32,000 nt of DNA from Methanopyrus kandleri AV19 (lineage in GTDB: Archaea; JAADCQ01; Methanopyri; Methanopyrales; Methanopyraceae). Numbering within the stretch: position 1 is the stretch's first letter; every line of letters begins with the position of its first letter. The stretch is taken from assembly GCF_000007185.1 (NCBI RefSeq), contig NC_003551.1:930001-962000 (forward strand), written 5' to 3'. Positions 17,313-26,266 of the stretch are shown here, in pieces. The translations under genes were made by a program, and so were the position numbers. A model generated the notes under the pieces. That model searched no databases. It was given only the letters and a program-made list of their open reading frames with translations, and had not been told where the DNA came from.

Positions 17313-18383
17313 GTGGTCCGTGGTGCCTTCCCGAAGGGTTGTAGGCTCTGCGTGTGCGGCGCCAAGCTGGTGGTGTTCGTGACCGGGGTCTGTAACCGCG
17401 GGTGTTGGTACTGTCCCGTATCGCCGAGGAAAAAAGGGAGTGACGTTTCCTTCGCCAACGAGCGTCCGATACGGTCCGAGCGGGACCTGGTGAAAGAAGC
17501 GGAATTAATGGACGCGGAAGGAGCGAGTCTCACCGGTGGCGATCCGTTAACGCGTCTCGAGAGGGCCGTCAACATCATCCGCACGCTCAAAGACGAGTTC
17601 GGCGACGACTTCCACATCCACCTCTATGCGCCGGCGGAGTCCGTCAGGGAAGGGGCGATTGAAGAGCTAGATGGAGTGGGACTGGACGAGTTGCGCGTGC
17701 ACCCCTCCCCGGACTCGACTGTCAACAGGCGTGCGGCCGAGGTCCTGGAGGATTCCGGAATGGATCTGGGGTTCGAGATGCCCGCCATTCCCGGGGAAGA
17801 AAACTGGATCCTGGAGGTAGCTAAACTGGCGGACGAGTACGGGTTCGACTTCCTCAACGTTAACGAGCTGGAATTCACCGAATCTAACGCCGAAGAACTC
17901 AGAAGACGTAGGTTCGAGCGCGTAGATGACGACCTGTCCGACGCCGTCGCCGGGAGCGAGAGGACGGCCCTCACCGCGCTATCGGAGGTTGCTAACGACG
18001 TCGGCATCACCCTCCATTACTGTCCTTCCGAGGTGAAGGATGCCGTCCAGTTCCGGAAAAGGATCAAGAGAATGGCGAAGAACGTGGCACGTGACCACGA
18101 GGAGATAGATGAGGAAGGGCTCATAGTGAAGGGGATTTTCGAAGTAATATCCGGTGATCCGGAGGATCTCGCCGACGTGCTGATCAACATCCTCGAGGTG
18201 CCTGAGGAATGGGTGTATGTGGATGGGAGCCGAGTAGAGACGAAGCCGTTCGTCGTCGACGAGCTCGCCGATGTACTTTCGGACCTGGAGGAGGCCTCTC
18301 GATGCGAGATTCGGGCCTGGATCATCCGGGAGTACCCGACATGGGATAGAACCGTGGTAGAACGATGGCCGGTGCGGGGGTGA
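17313..18383 (+). CDS. Radical SAM protein, COG2108-like
   Basis: VTGVCNRGCWYCPVSPRKKG (CxxxCxxC), GASLTGGDPLTRLERAV; GTG start. Confidence 0.82.
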   Translation: MVRGAFPKGCRLCVCGAKLVVFVTGVCNRGCWYCPVSPRKKGSDVSFANERPIRSERDLVKEAELMDAEGASLTGGDPLTRLERAVNIIRTLKDEFGDDFHIHLYAPAESVREGAIEELDGVGLDELRVHPSPDSTVNRRAAEVLEDSGMDLGFEMPAIPGEENWILEVAKLADEYGFDFLNVNELEFTESNAEELRRRRFERVDDDLSDAVAGSERTALTALSEVANDVGITLHYCPSEVKDAVQFRKRIKRMAKNVARDHEEIDEEGLIVKGIFEVISGDPEDLADVLINILEVPEEWVYVDGSRVETKPFVVDELADVLSDLEEASRCEIRAWIIREYPTWDRTVVERWPVRG

Positions 18384-18892
18384 GTGCGTCGCGTGAAGAC
18401 ATCGCACTCCGGCTACGGCGTGTGAGCAGAGTCTGGGGAGCGGCACTGTACGTAGGCTCCGTACTCCTCATCGTCCTGATCGCCGTGTTAGGACTCGGAG
18501 CCCTAGGCCAATACAGCTACCAGGCTCAAGTGCTGCTCTTCGGTAACTACAGGGGGCAGCTGGCGGAGATCGATGAGAAGTATCAAGTGCTCAAGACGGA
18601 GTTCGATCAAGCCAATCATAAGCTACAGGCACTGCGTGACCTGTACCCGATTTCGAGTGCCGACCTCCACCAAGTCGAGAAAATCCGCGCTAAAGCTTCC
18701 CTAGAGCTCCAGTCGTTGAAACTGAAGAAGAAAGACACCGAATTCGCGGTCTACGTGCTGAAAGATCCGGCAACCTCCGATCTGAAGCTGAAGGAATGTA
18801 TGGCGGAGCTGCGACGCGCGGAAGCAGCGGTGAAGGCGTTCGTACGGGCGGTCAAGGGGCTTGAAGACAAGTACGCCGGCAGGGTCCACTGA
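18365..18892 (+). CDS. Single-TM coiled-coil protein of unknown function
   Basis: VWGAALYVGSVLLIVLIAVLGLGAL hydrophobic segment followed by heptad-rich helices; overlaps both neighbours. Confidence 0.65.
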   Translation: MAGAGVSASREDIALRLRRVSRVWGAALYVGSVLLIVLIAVLGLGALGQYSYQAQVLLFGNYRGQLAEIDEKYQVLKTEFDQANHKLQALRDLYPISSADLHQVEKIRAKASLELQSLKLKKKDTEFAVYVLKDPATSDLKLKECMAELRRAEAAVKAFVRAVKGLEDKYAGRVH

Positions 18893-20180
18893 AGTCGACC
18901 TGGGCTCCCTACATCCCGGTCTGAAAGTCGAGCGACACTCCGGCTACTTACGGTTCAGACTTTACGGACTGATCGAGTTCGAGGTGGACCCCGAAGAATT
19001 CCGCCGAATGGTGACTGCCGTAATCTCCAAACGTGAGCGGCGCACGGTACCGGTCACCCTGCAAGGCACTCGTGTGGCGGCTCCGGTACCCCGTGAGGTG
19101 CTGGTCGGCGTTCTAACAGATCTCATATCCAGACTCGCCGGCGAGTCCGGAAAGAACGCCTACACGGGTCGTAGGGTGTACTACATCACCGAGACTACAG
19201 GTATCCCGCTGATAGGCCACACGGCTTTCGGCCTCATCGACCGTGGAACCAACGTAATACAGGTGCGCCCGCTCTCCGGGTGCAATCTCTGCTGCATATA
19301 CTGCAGTGTGGACGAAGGACCGATCTCCCGCACGCGTTCGCGGGATTTCATGGTGGACCCTGACTACCTGATGGAGTGGTTCGACCGCGTAGCCGAGTTC
19401 AAAGGTCAGGGACTCGAAGCGCACCTCGACGGTCAGGGTGAACCCACGCTGTACCCTTTCCTGCCCGATGTGGTTCAAGCCCTCAAGGAGCACCCACACG
19501 TCGACATCGTCTCCATACAGACCAACGCCGTACCGCTGAGCGAAGACTTGGTGGACGAGCTCGTCGAGGCTGGAATCGACAGGTTCAACGTGAGCGTCAA
19601 CTCGCTCGACCCGAAGAAAGCTCGGGCCATGGCGGGCCGGAAGGACTACGACGTCGAGCATGTGAAGAGGGTGGTCGAGTACATAGCCCAAGAGACCGAG
19701 GCCGACGTGCTGGTGGCGCCGCTGTGGTTGCCGGGTTACAACGACGATGATATCGTGGAGATCATCGGGTGGGCGGCGAAGATAGGGGCGGGGAAGCGGT
19801 GGCCGCCACTCGGGATCCAGAACTACCTAGAGTACAGGTTCGGTCGACGACCTAAGTTCCTACGTCGGGTTATACCGATGAAAGAGTTCTACAGGTGGCT
19901 CAGGGAGCTGGAAAGCAGGACGGAAGTGCGTCCGCTGGTGCTCAAACCCGAACACTTCGGGACCGAGCCCAGGAAATCACTACCGAAACCGTTCCGACGG
20001 GGAGATGTGATCAGAGCGGAAATAGTGTTGGAAGGACGGTTGCGGGGTGAGATGATAGCCCGAGCCGCCGATCGCGTGATCGCCATCCCGGACTCCGCCA
20101 AGATATTAAACGTGGGAGACCGCGTCCGGGTGAAAGTGACGAGGGACAAGCACAACATCTTCGTGGGGATCTTGGTCTGA
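18861..20180 (+). CDS. Radical SAM protein with C-terminal TRAM-like domain, COG2100-like
   Basis: [16 protein letters not shown] (CxxxCxxC), [16 protein letters not shown]-terminal [45 protein letters not shown]. Confidence 0.82.
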   Translation: MKTSTPAGSTEVDLGSLHPGLKVERHSGYLRFRLYGLIEFEVDPEEFRRMVTAVISKRERRTVPVTLQGTRVAAPVPREVLVGVLTDLISRLAGESGKNAYTGRRVYYITETTGIPLIGHTAFGLIDRGTNVIQVRPLSGCNLCCIYCSVDEGPISRTRSRDFMVDPDYLMEWFDRVAEFKGQGLEAHLDGQGEPTLYPFLPDVVQALKEHPHVDIVSIQTNAVPLSEDLVDELVEAGIDRFNVSVNSLDPKKARAMAGRKDYDVEHVKRVVEYIAQETEADVLVAPLWLPGYNDDDIVEIIGWAAKIGAGKRWPPLGIQNYLEYRFGRRPKFLRRVIPMKEFYRWLRELESRTEVRPLVLKPEHFGTEPRKSLPKPFRRGDVIRAEIVLEGRLRGEMIARAADRVIAIPDSAKILNVGDRVRVKVTRDKHNIFVGILV

Positions 20181-20199
20181 ACCAGGGGGAGAGTCACCA

Positions 20200-20649
20200 A
20201 TGGCGGAGGAACGCTCGAAGGATGACATACCGGACTGGTGGGAGAAGGAGTGGGTTGAGTTCAGGTACCGGGGCTACACCCTGGGCGAGCTGATGAAGAT
20301 GCCTATCGAGGAGTTCATCGAGCTACTCCCCGCACGCCAGCGTCGCTCGCTGAAACGTGGCCTGCCCTCCAGGCACAAGAAGCTGCTGCGCAAGGTCCGG
20401 CGAGCTCGGAGGCTCCTGAGACGCGGTAAGAAGCCTCCGGTAATCCGGACCCACTGCCGGGATATGATCATCCTGCCCGAAATGGTAGGACTGACCATCG
20501 CGGTGTACAACGGAAAGGAGTTCAAAGAGGTGAAGATCGAGCCGGAGATGATCGGTCACTACCTCGGTGAGTTCGCCAAGACCAGGAAAACCGTCGAGCA
20601 CGGAGGAATCGGTGCTACACGGAGCTCGTTGTTCGTGCCACTGAAGTAA
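20200..20649 (+). CDS. rps19: Ribosomal protein S19 (uS19)
   Basis: [14 protein letters not shown]...RHKKLLRK...[66 protein letters not shown]. Confidence 0.97.
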   Translation: MAEERSKDDIPDWWEKEWVEFRYRGYTLGELMKMPIEEFIELLPARQRRSLKRGLPSRHKKLLRKVRRARRLLRRGKKPPVIRTHCRDMIILPEMVGLTIAVYNGKEFKEVKIEPEMIGHYLGEFAKTRKTVEHGGIGATRSSLFVPLK

Positions 20650-21324
20650 TCACCACCTAGCATCGGGCACCTCGACGTGTACGCCGTACAGGGACAGTTT
20701 CCTGTCCACCTCCAACACCCTTCTCACTGCGGATAGAGCTATTGAACCCGATTTCAGCGCGACCCAGTACTCGAAAAGGCCGTCGTACTCCGTGCCCACC
20801 TTGCTGTCCTCCATCACCAGTATTCCAGGCTCGTCAGAGCCCAGAGAGGTGACCTTTTGGACCATCTCCCGGAACTTGTTCGTGACCTTCCACACTTTCC
20901 ATTCGCGCTCTACATCGTACTCCCTGAGGTAGCGTAGGGCGATTTTCAAAGCACCTATCAGCGACCGTCCCCGCCTCTCCACAGGTTCATCTACCGAGGC
21001 TGACCCGTGAACCTTGAGCTCGTCCAGCGGCCCCCGTGAGCGTGCCTCGTGCCTTTCGAGGATCACCTCTACGATCCGGGGGCGAGACGTGGAGTCCGCC
21101 TGGCGTACGGTGACTTCGAACGTATACCTGGTATCGGATGTCACGTACTGCGCGATGCTATTGGTAGGAAGCTCCTCCTCGGCACGCACCCACACCATCA
21201 GCGAGCATCTAGCCTCCGAATACTCCTTCAGAGGAACGCGCTCGGCCATTTCTTTTAAGGTCTTGTAAATCTCCTTCACGCGTCCACTTTTGAGCTCGGG
21301 GGCACACTCCCTGGCTAACTCCAT
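20650..21324 (-). CDS. Conserved-looking protein of unknown function
   Basis: Single long coherent ORF; stop directly abuts the rps19 stop. Confidence 0.55.
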   Translation of the reverse strand: MELARECAPELKSGRVKEIYKTLKEMAERVPLKEYSEARCSLMVWVRAEEELPTNSIAQYVTSDTRYTFEVTVRQADSTSRPRIVEVILERHEARSRGPLDELKVHGSASVDEPVERRGRSLIGALKIALRYLREYDVEREWKVWKVTNKFREMVQKVTSLGSDEPGILVMEDSKVGTEYDGLFEYWVALKSGSIALSAVRRVLEVDRKLSLYGVHVEVPDARW

Positions 21325-21375
21325 CCCGGTCCTGCGAGGCGAGGTCCGTACCCCCCGGACGGAGGTGATTCCAAC

Positions 21376-22827
21376 ATGATCGATGTCCTCCTGATCAACC
21401 CCCCTGATGTCACGACTAAGTACCAGCGATTCTTGGGCATTACAGCGCCTCCGCTTGGACTAGCCTACATCGCCGCGGTGCTCGAGGAGGCGGGATACAC
21501 GGTTAAAATCCTCGATTGTCCCCCACTGGACATGTCCTTCGAGGACCTGAGACGAGCCGTGCGGAAGCTCCGTCCTAGAATCGTATCCATCATGGCCACG
21601 ACTCCGATCATTCACCAAGCCTACCAGGCGGCCAAGGTCGTCAAGGAAGAACTAGAGGACGTCATCGTATGCCTTGGCGGTTATCATCCTACCTTCATGG
21701 ACGTCGAGTGCCTCAAGGAGTGCCCCTACGTCGACGTCGTGGTACGGCGTGAGGGCGAATTCACGCTCCTGGATCTGGCGAAGGTGTTCATCGACGGCGT
21801 AAAGACACTCTCAGAGGTACTGGGGATCACGTACCGGGAGAAGGACGACATCGTCAGAGCCCCTGATCGACCCCTCATTCGCGATCTCGACGCACTACCG
21901 TTCCCCGCGCGTCACCTGCTTCCCATGGACAAGTACACTTTCTTCGGGGCTAAAACCACCGCCACCACGATGGTGTCGAGCAGGGGTTGTCCCGTAGGAT
22001 GTGACTTCTGCGCTTCTTCAGCGATGCACGGCCACAAACTCCGGATGCACTCGGCCGAGCGTGTGGTTTCCGAGATGGCGCATGTCCACGAGAACTACGG
22101 ATCGGACATCATAGCCTTCGTCGATGACACGTTCACGTACGATCGGCGGCGTGTCGAGGAGATCTGTCGGCTCATCGTGGAAAGCGGTCTAGACGTAACC
22201 TGGGGCTGTGCCGCACGCGTCGACACGATCGACAGGGAGTTACTTGAACTCATGCGCGAGGCGGGATGCTCGGTCCTGTTCTTCGGAGTCGAGTCGGGTA
22301 GCCAGGAGGTCCTGGACAACGTCGGTAAGGGGTTTACGGTCGAGCAGACGAAGAAGGCGTTCCAACTCTGCCGCGAGTTCGACATAGTGACCGTGGCTTC
22401 GGCTGTGATCGGCTTACCGGGCGAGACCCACAGGAGTGCCCGGCAGACGATAAAGTTCCTGAAAGAAATCGACCCCGATTACGCCGTGGTGTCCGTCGCG
22501 ACGCCATATCCCGGCACTAAGTTCTACCAAGAGGCCGTGGAGAAAGGGCTCATCGAGGAAAAGTCGTGGGACAAGTACACCCTCATGGACCCGGTGGTCA
22601 GGACGACCGAGCTGTCCCCAGAGGAGGTGAAGAAGTACCAAAAGCGCGCCATGATCGAGTTCTATCTTCGTCCCCGGTATCTTATCCGACGGCTGAAGGA
22701 GGACGGCATCGATGCCGTCCGTGTGACCGGAACGATGATCGCCGAGGTCGCGTTCAAGAAGATGAAAGCGTTGTTGGCTAAGATCCCGAGTCCTCGGTTT
22801 TCACACCGCAAGGGCTCGGACGAGTGA
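21376..22827 (+). CDS. B12-binding-domain radical SAM protein
   Basis: INPPDVTTKYQRFLGITAPPLGLAYIAAVLEEAGY, CLGGYHPTF, SSRGCPVGCDFCASS, FFGVESGSQEVLDNVGKGFT. GGAGGTGA Shine-Dalgarno at 21361-21368. Confidence 0.9.
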   Translation: MIDVLLINPPDVTTKYQRFLGITAPPLGLAYIAAVLEEAGYTVKILDCPPLDMSFEDLRRAVRKLRPRIVSIMATTPIIHQAYQAAKVVKEELEDVIVCLGGYHPTFMDVECLKECPYVDVVVRREGEFTLLDLAKVFIDGVKTLSEVLGITYREKDDIVRAPDRPLIRDLDALPFPARHLLPMDKYTFFGAKTTATTMVSSRGCPVGCDFCASSAMHGHKLRMHSAERVVSEMAHVHENYGSDIIAFVDDTFTYDRRRVEEICRLIVESGLDVTWGCAARVDTIDRELLELMREAGCSVLFFGVESGSQEVLDNVGKGFTVEQTKKAFQLCREFDIVTVASAVIGLPGETHRSARQTIKFLKEIDPDYAVVSVATPYPGTKFYQEAVEKGLIEEKSWDKYTLMDPVVRTTELSPEEVKKYQKRAMIEFYLRPRYLIRRLKEDGIDAVRVTGTMIAEVAFKKMKALLAKIPSPRFSHRKGSDE

Positions 22828-23764
22828 CGAACGCCTCGTAACCTAAGGCGCTTAGCGTTTCGACGGCACGTTTCGCATCCTCCTCCCTCTCGAATAACGC
22901 GACCGCGCATCCTCCTCCTCCGGCGCCGGTAACCTTCGCCCCTAAGGCGCCCGCGCTCCTGAATACGTGTACGATCTCCTCCAGGGCACGCGTGGAGACG
23001 TTCAGGGCCGCCAACAGCCCGTGGTTGGCGTTCATGAGCTCCCCTACGGTCCTTAAGTCCCCATCACGCAGAGCCGCCTCGAGGTCATCGACGAGCTCCC
23101 CTATCAGCTCCATGACCCCGTCGACGATGTCCAACCTCTCGCGGAGTTCGGCCACCCGGCGCACCATCTCACCCGTACGACTGGGTTCCTGGGAGTGCGC
23201 CACGACCAGCACGGGGTTACGCTCCGGTTCAATCAGCTCGAACTCCCGCCCTGAAACCCTCACGAACCCGCCGTACGTGACCACCGTGGCGTCGGTCCAA
23301 CTCGCCTTCCCCTGCACCTCGAGCTCCACCTCACGGACAAGTCTCCGTATCTCTTCCCTGGAGACGTTTACACCCGATACCTCGGCTAGTCCGAGTAGCA
23401 CTGCCGCCGTGACCGCAGCCGATGTGCCTAGACCACTCGCCGGGGGAGCTTCCGACAGAATCCTCAGGTTAGAGGGAGGAGCGTCGAACTCCTCCGATGC
23501 CTTTCGCACCGCCGTAGCCACGTACGTCAGTTCCTCGTGCAAGCTCTCGGATCGGAAGCCCTTTACATTTCCGTCACGTGTGATCTCAGCCCTTACGTTC
23601 CCCTCGCAGCTCAGCTCGGTTTCCACCCTGAAGCTGTCGTCTCCGGGTTCCGCCGTGACCCTAACATAGGTATCTAATGCCACTGCGACCGCCGGATACC
23701 CGTAAACGACGGCGTGCTCGCCCGCCAGGATAGCCTTCAGTGGAGCCTTGACGGAAATACGCAA
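22778..23764 (-). CDS. mvk: Mevalonate kinase
   Basis: KAPLKAILAGEHAVVYGYPAVAVAL, SEAPPASGLGTSAAVTAAVLLGL, GALGAKVTGAGGGGCAVAL. Confidence 0.95.
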   Translation of the reverse strand: MRISVKAPLKAILAGEHAVVYGYPAVAVALDTYVRVTAEPGDDSFRVETELSCEGNVRAEITRDGNVKGFRSESLHEELTYVATAVRKASEEFDAPPSNLRILSEAPPASGLGTSAAVTAAVLLGLAEVSGVNVSREEIRRLVREVELEVQGKASWTDATVVTYGGFVRVSGREFELIEPERNPVLVVAHSQEPSRTGEMVRRVAELRERLDIVDGVMELIGELVDDLEAALRDGDLRTVGELMNANHGLLAALNVSTRALEEIVHVFRSAGALGAKVTGAGGGGCAVALFEREEDAKRAVETLSALGYEAFVTRPSPCGVKTEDSGS

Positions 23765-23791
23765 CCATAGTCCCCCGGGTGACCGAGCTTG

Positions 23792-24649
23792 ATGTTGCCG
23801 AAGACCCTTAAGCCCGTGGTGGAGGATAAGTACGTTGAGAGTCTCGAAGAGCTGGCGGACCTGATCGCCAGCGCGGATCTAAGGACCGGAGTTGTGAGGA
23901 TCACCGCACGGTCCGGTGACGCCCTGCTCGACGCGTTCATCGTAGTCCTCAACGGTAAGGTCGTCTACATCGAGGTCGAAGAGGTACGGACCGGGGAACG
24001 ATGGCGGGGAGAGGAAGCGTTAGAGCACCTGAGGGAGATCTTAAGTGCAATTGAGGGAGGTCAGTCCGCCGTTGTCGACGTGTTCGAGGCCTCGGAAGAC
24101 GACATCGAGATGATCTTCGAGTACCACGGTATACGGCCGAAGGAGATCGAACTGGAGGACGTGCTGCCAGTCCCCGCGCTCGAAGCCGATATCGAGTTCG
24201 AGACCGAGGAACTCGAGGGCGCCGAGAAAGAGGAAGCTACGGAGGAAACCGGGATCGGAGTAGAAGAGATCGAGGAAGCCTATGACGAGGAGCCGGAGGC
24301 GGTAGAGTCCTACGACTTCACGGAAGAGGTAGAAAGAGAACCGGAATCCCTGTCGCGTGAGGAGATACTGAAGAAATATGGGATCAAGGAGCCGGACGAG
24401 TCCTTCGTCGAGAATATCCTGAAGGAGTTCACCGGAGTGGAGACGGACCTTCGAGAGCGGATCTCGAGGGTTCTTCGCAGCTACGGTATAACGGTCTTCA
24501 AGGTGGAAGGTATCGTCGAAGTCCTGCTGGGGAACGACACCGACGAGGAGGAAGTCGTTGAGACCATTCGGGACTTCATGAAGGATGCCGGCGTCGACGA
24601 GCTGGAGGTCCGCACGTACCGACCCGAGTGGTTGGGGAGAAAGATTTAA
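23792..24649 (+). CDS. Acidic archaeal protein of unknown function (possibly DUF2226-like)
   Basis: Long coherent acidic ORF; LPKTLKPVVEDKYVESLEELADLIASADLRTGVVRI...; family name is a recollection, not a search result. Confidence 0.55.
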   Translation: MLPKTLKPVVEDKYVESLEELADLIASADLRTGVVRITARSGDALLDAFIVVLNGKVVYIEVEEVRTGERWRGEEALEHLREILSAIEGGQSAVVDVFEASEDDIEMIFEYHGIRPKEIELEDVLPVPALEADIEFETEELEGAEKEEATEETGIGVEEIEEAYDEEPEAVESYDFTEEVEREPESLSREEILKKYGIKEPDESFVENILKEFTGVETDLRERISRVLRSYGITVFKVEGIVEVLLGNDTDEEEVVETIRDFMKDAGVDELEVRTYRPEWLGRKI

Positions 24650-24679
24650 GGTAACCCAGTCGGGTTAGGACCCGGGCTC

Positions 24680-24755
24680 GGGCCGGCAGCTCAGTCTGGA
24701 CAGAGCGCGGGCCTTCGGAGCCCCGTGGTCCCGGGTTCAAATCCCGGCCGGCCCA
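24680..24755 (+). tRNA. tRNA-Arg, apparent anticodon UCG, with C at position 8 and an extra nucleotide in the anticodon arm
   Basis: Acceptor GGGCCGG/CCGGCCC + A73; D stem GCTC/GAGC; loop CTTCGGA flanked by GGGC/GCCC; T arm CCGGG-TTCAAAT-CCCGG. CCA not encoded. Confidence 0.88.
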
Positions 24756-24798
24756 CACGCGTTATCGTTATGGTATCCGTAACAATGGGGTTCTCGAA

Positions 24799-24966
24799 TT
24801 GGACGATGAACTCCGGAAGCTCGCAGAAGCGGGCCCCTTCGAGGTCACGATCGCGAAGCTGGAGGAAATACTGACGCGCCTCGACCGTCTTGAAGCGAAG
24901 ATCGACGAGGCTCTCGCGCGTATCGAAAGGCTGGAACGGGAGCTGAGGGAGGATGAGCGTGGATGA
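24799..24966 (+). CDS. Small (55-aa) coiled-coil protein overlapping the start of the Mur ligase gene
   Basis: TTG start; (M)DDELRKLAEAGPFEVTIAKLEEILTRLDRLEAKIDEALARIERLERELREDERG; shorter than the supplied ORF-track cutoff. Confidence 0.5.
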   Translation: MDDELRKLAEAGPFEVTIAKLEEILTRLDRLEAKIDEALARIERLERELREDERG

Positions 24967-26260
24967 GCTTCCATTCGACAGCGTTGCCGTCATCGGGCTG
25001 GGAGTGGAGGGACGTACCTGCGCGGCGAGGTTGGCGGAACTGGGACTCAAGGTCTACGCCTCCGACATCAGGGAAGACGTCGACGTCTCATCGCTCGAGA
25101 GGCTTCCCAACGTCGAGGTAGAGCTCGGTCATCACGACATCGACAGAATCCGCGAGTGCGACACCGTGTATTTCTCGCCCAGCATACCGAACGACGCGGA
25201 GATAGTCCGCGAAGTCCGCAACATCGGGGTTCCACCACTTGAGGATCTCCTCACATGGCCAGATTCTTCGAAATTCGTCGTGGTCAGCGGAACCAACGGT
25301 AAAACCACGACGGTTCATATGATCGATCACCTACTCGACAAACTCGGTATCGATCGAAAGATCGGTGGGAACGCCGGAGGGGGTTTCGACGGGTACGCTA
25401 CCCTCTACGTGCGAGCCGAGTTGGCGCGTCCGGAGGTCGTAGTCTGTGAGGTGTGTGACATGACGCTGGACTATTTCTCCGACCGAGCTCCACGGTACGA
25501 TGTCGCGGTCTTCCTGAACCTGGGTTTGGATCACCTGGACTACCACGGTTCGATCGAGAGGTATGCGGCCCGAGCAGCCCGTTTCTGCGATCGGGCCCGA
25601 GAGACGGCGATCGTCAAGTGTGACGGGGAGGAACGGAAGGTAGTCGAAAGGATGGAGAGTACTCCCAGGTGTTATGATGAGTTGGACGTGGAAGTCGATA
25701 TACCGCTCCGAGGGGAGTTCTACAGGCTGGATGCCAAGGCCGCGCTGCTGGCCGTCGCCGAGATAACCAGCGAACCTCCCGAGGAGCTGGCCCCGTTACT
25801 CTCGGACTTCACCAGTGTTCCCGGACGCATTAAGGAGTACAAGCTAGGTGAAGGCCGGCTGGTCATCGGAAAGACCGACAACCTCTCCGCCCTGAAGGTC
25901 GTCTTAAGGGACTACGGACCCCTGGACGTCGTCTTCTGGGGGACTCCGAGGCCGGGCGAAGATTACCGAATCGAGGGAATCGGCCGGACCCTCCGGGAGG
26001 CGGGGGTAGAACGCGTCTACGTGTTTCCCGGCCTGTCGGAGGAGACCGTGGACGACGTGATCGAGGAGCTCACGAGCTCCGGAATTGAGGCGTCTCCGGT
26101 AGAGCCTTCCGAGGTCGCCTCGAAGGCTCTGGAGCTGGCGCGGCGTGGTCGGGATGTGGGAGTGCTAGGAAACGGGCAGGATGTTATAATCTCAATACAA
26201 CATGACGTCGAGCGTGCGGTACGCTTTTTGACCGCTGGATCGGAGCGATCTCGGGGATGA
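24953..26260 (+). CDS. Mur ligase family protein (MurD-like amide/peptide ligase)
   Basis: VAVIGLGVEGRTCAARLAELG, VVVSGTNGKTTTVHMIDHLL (ATP loop), LNLGLDHLDYHGS. Pseudomurein, F430 (CfbE-type) or other role cannot be separated from sequence reading. Confidence 0.82.
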   Translation: MSVDELPFDSVAVIGLGVEGRTCAARLAELGLKVYASDIREDVDVSSLERLPNVEVELGHHDIDRIRECDTVYFSPSIPNDAEIVREVRNIGVPPLEDLLTWPDSSKFVVVSGTNGKTTTVHMIDHLLDKLGIDRKIGGNAGGGFDGYATLYVRAELARPEVVVCEVCDMTLDYFSDRAPRYDVAVFLNLGLDHLDYHGSIERYAARAARFCDRARETAIVKCDGEERKVVERMESTPRCYDELDVEVDIPLRGEFYRLDAKAALLAVAEITSEPPEELAPLLSDFTSVPGRIKEYKLGEGRLVIGKTDNLSALKVVLRDYGPLDVVFWGTPRPGEDYRIEGIGRTLREAGVERVYVFPGLSEETVDDVIEELTSSGIEASPVEPSEVASKALELARRGRDVGVLGNGQDVIISIQHDVERAVRFLTAGSERSRG

Positions 26261-26266
26261 GCCGGG

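Noticed and set aside
24653-24666. Small hairpin AACCC-AGTC-GGGTT just upstream of the tRNA
   Set aside because: Only 5 bp and directly between a TATA-like AGATTTAAGG and the tRNA; probably promoter/leader or chance, too weak to call separately.
24576-24758. Minus-strand ORF MWAGRDLNPGPRGSEGPRSV...
   Set aside because: Antisense to the tRNA gene; AGRDLNPG is the familiar artefact of translating a tRNA T-arm.
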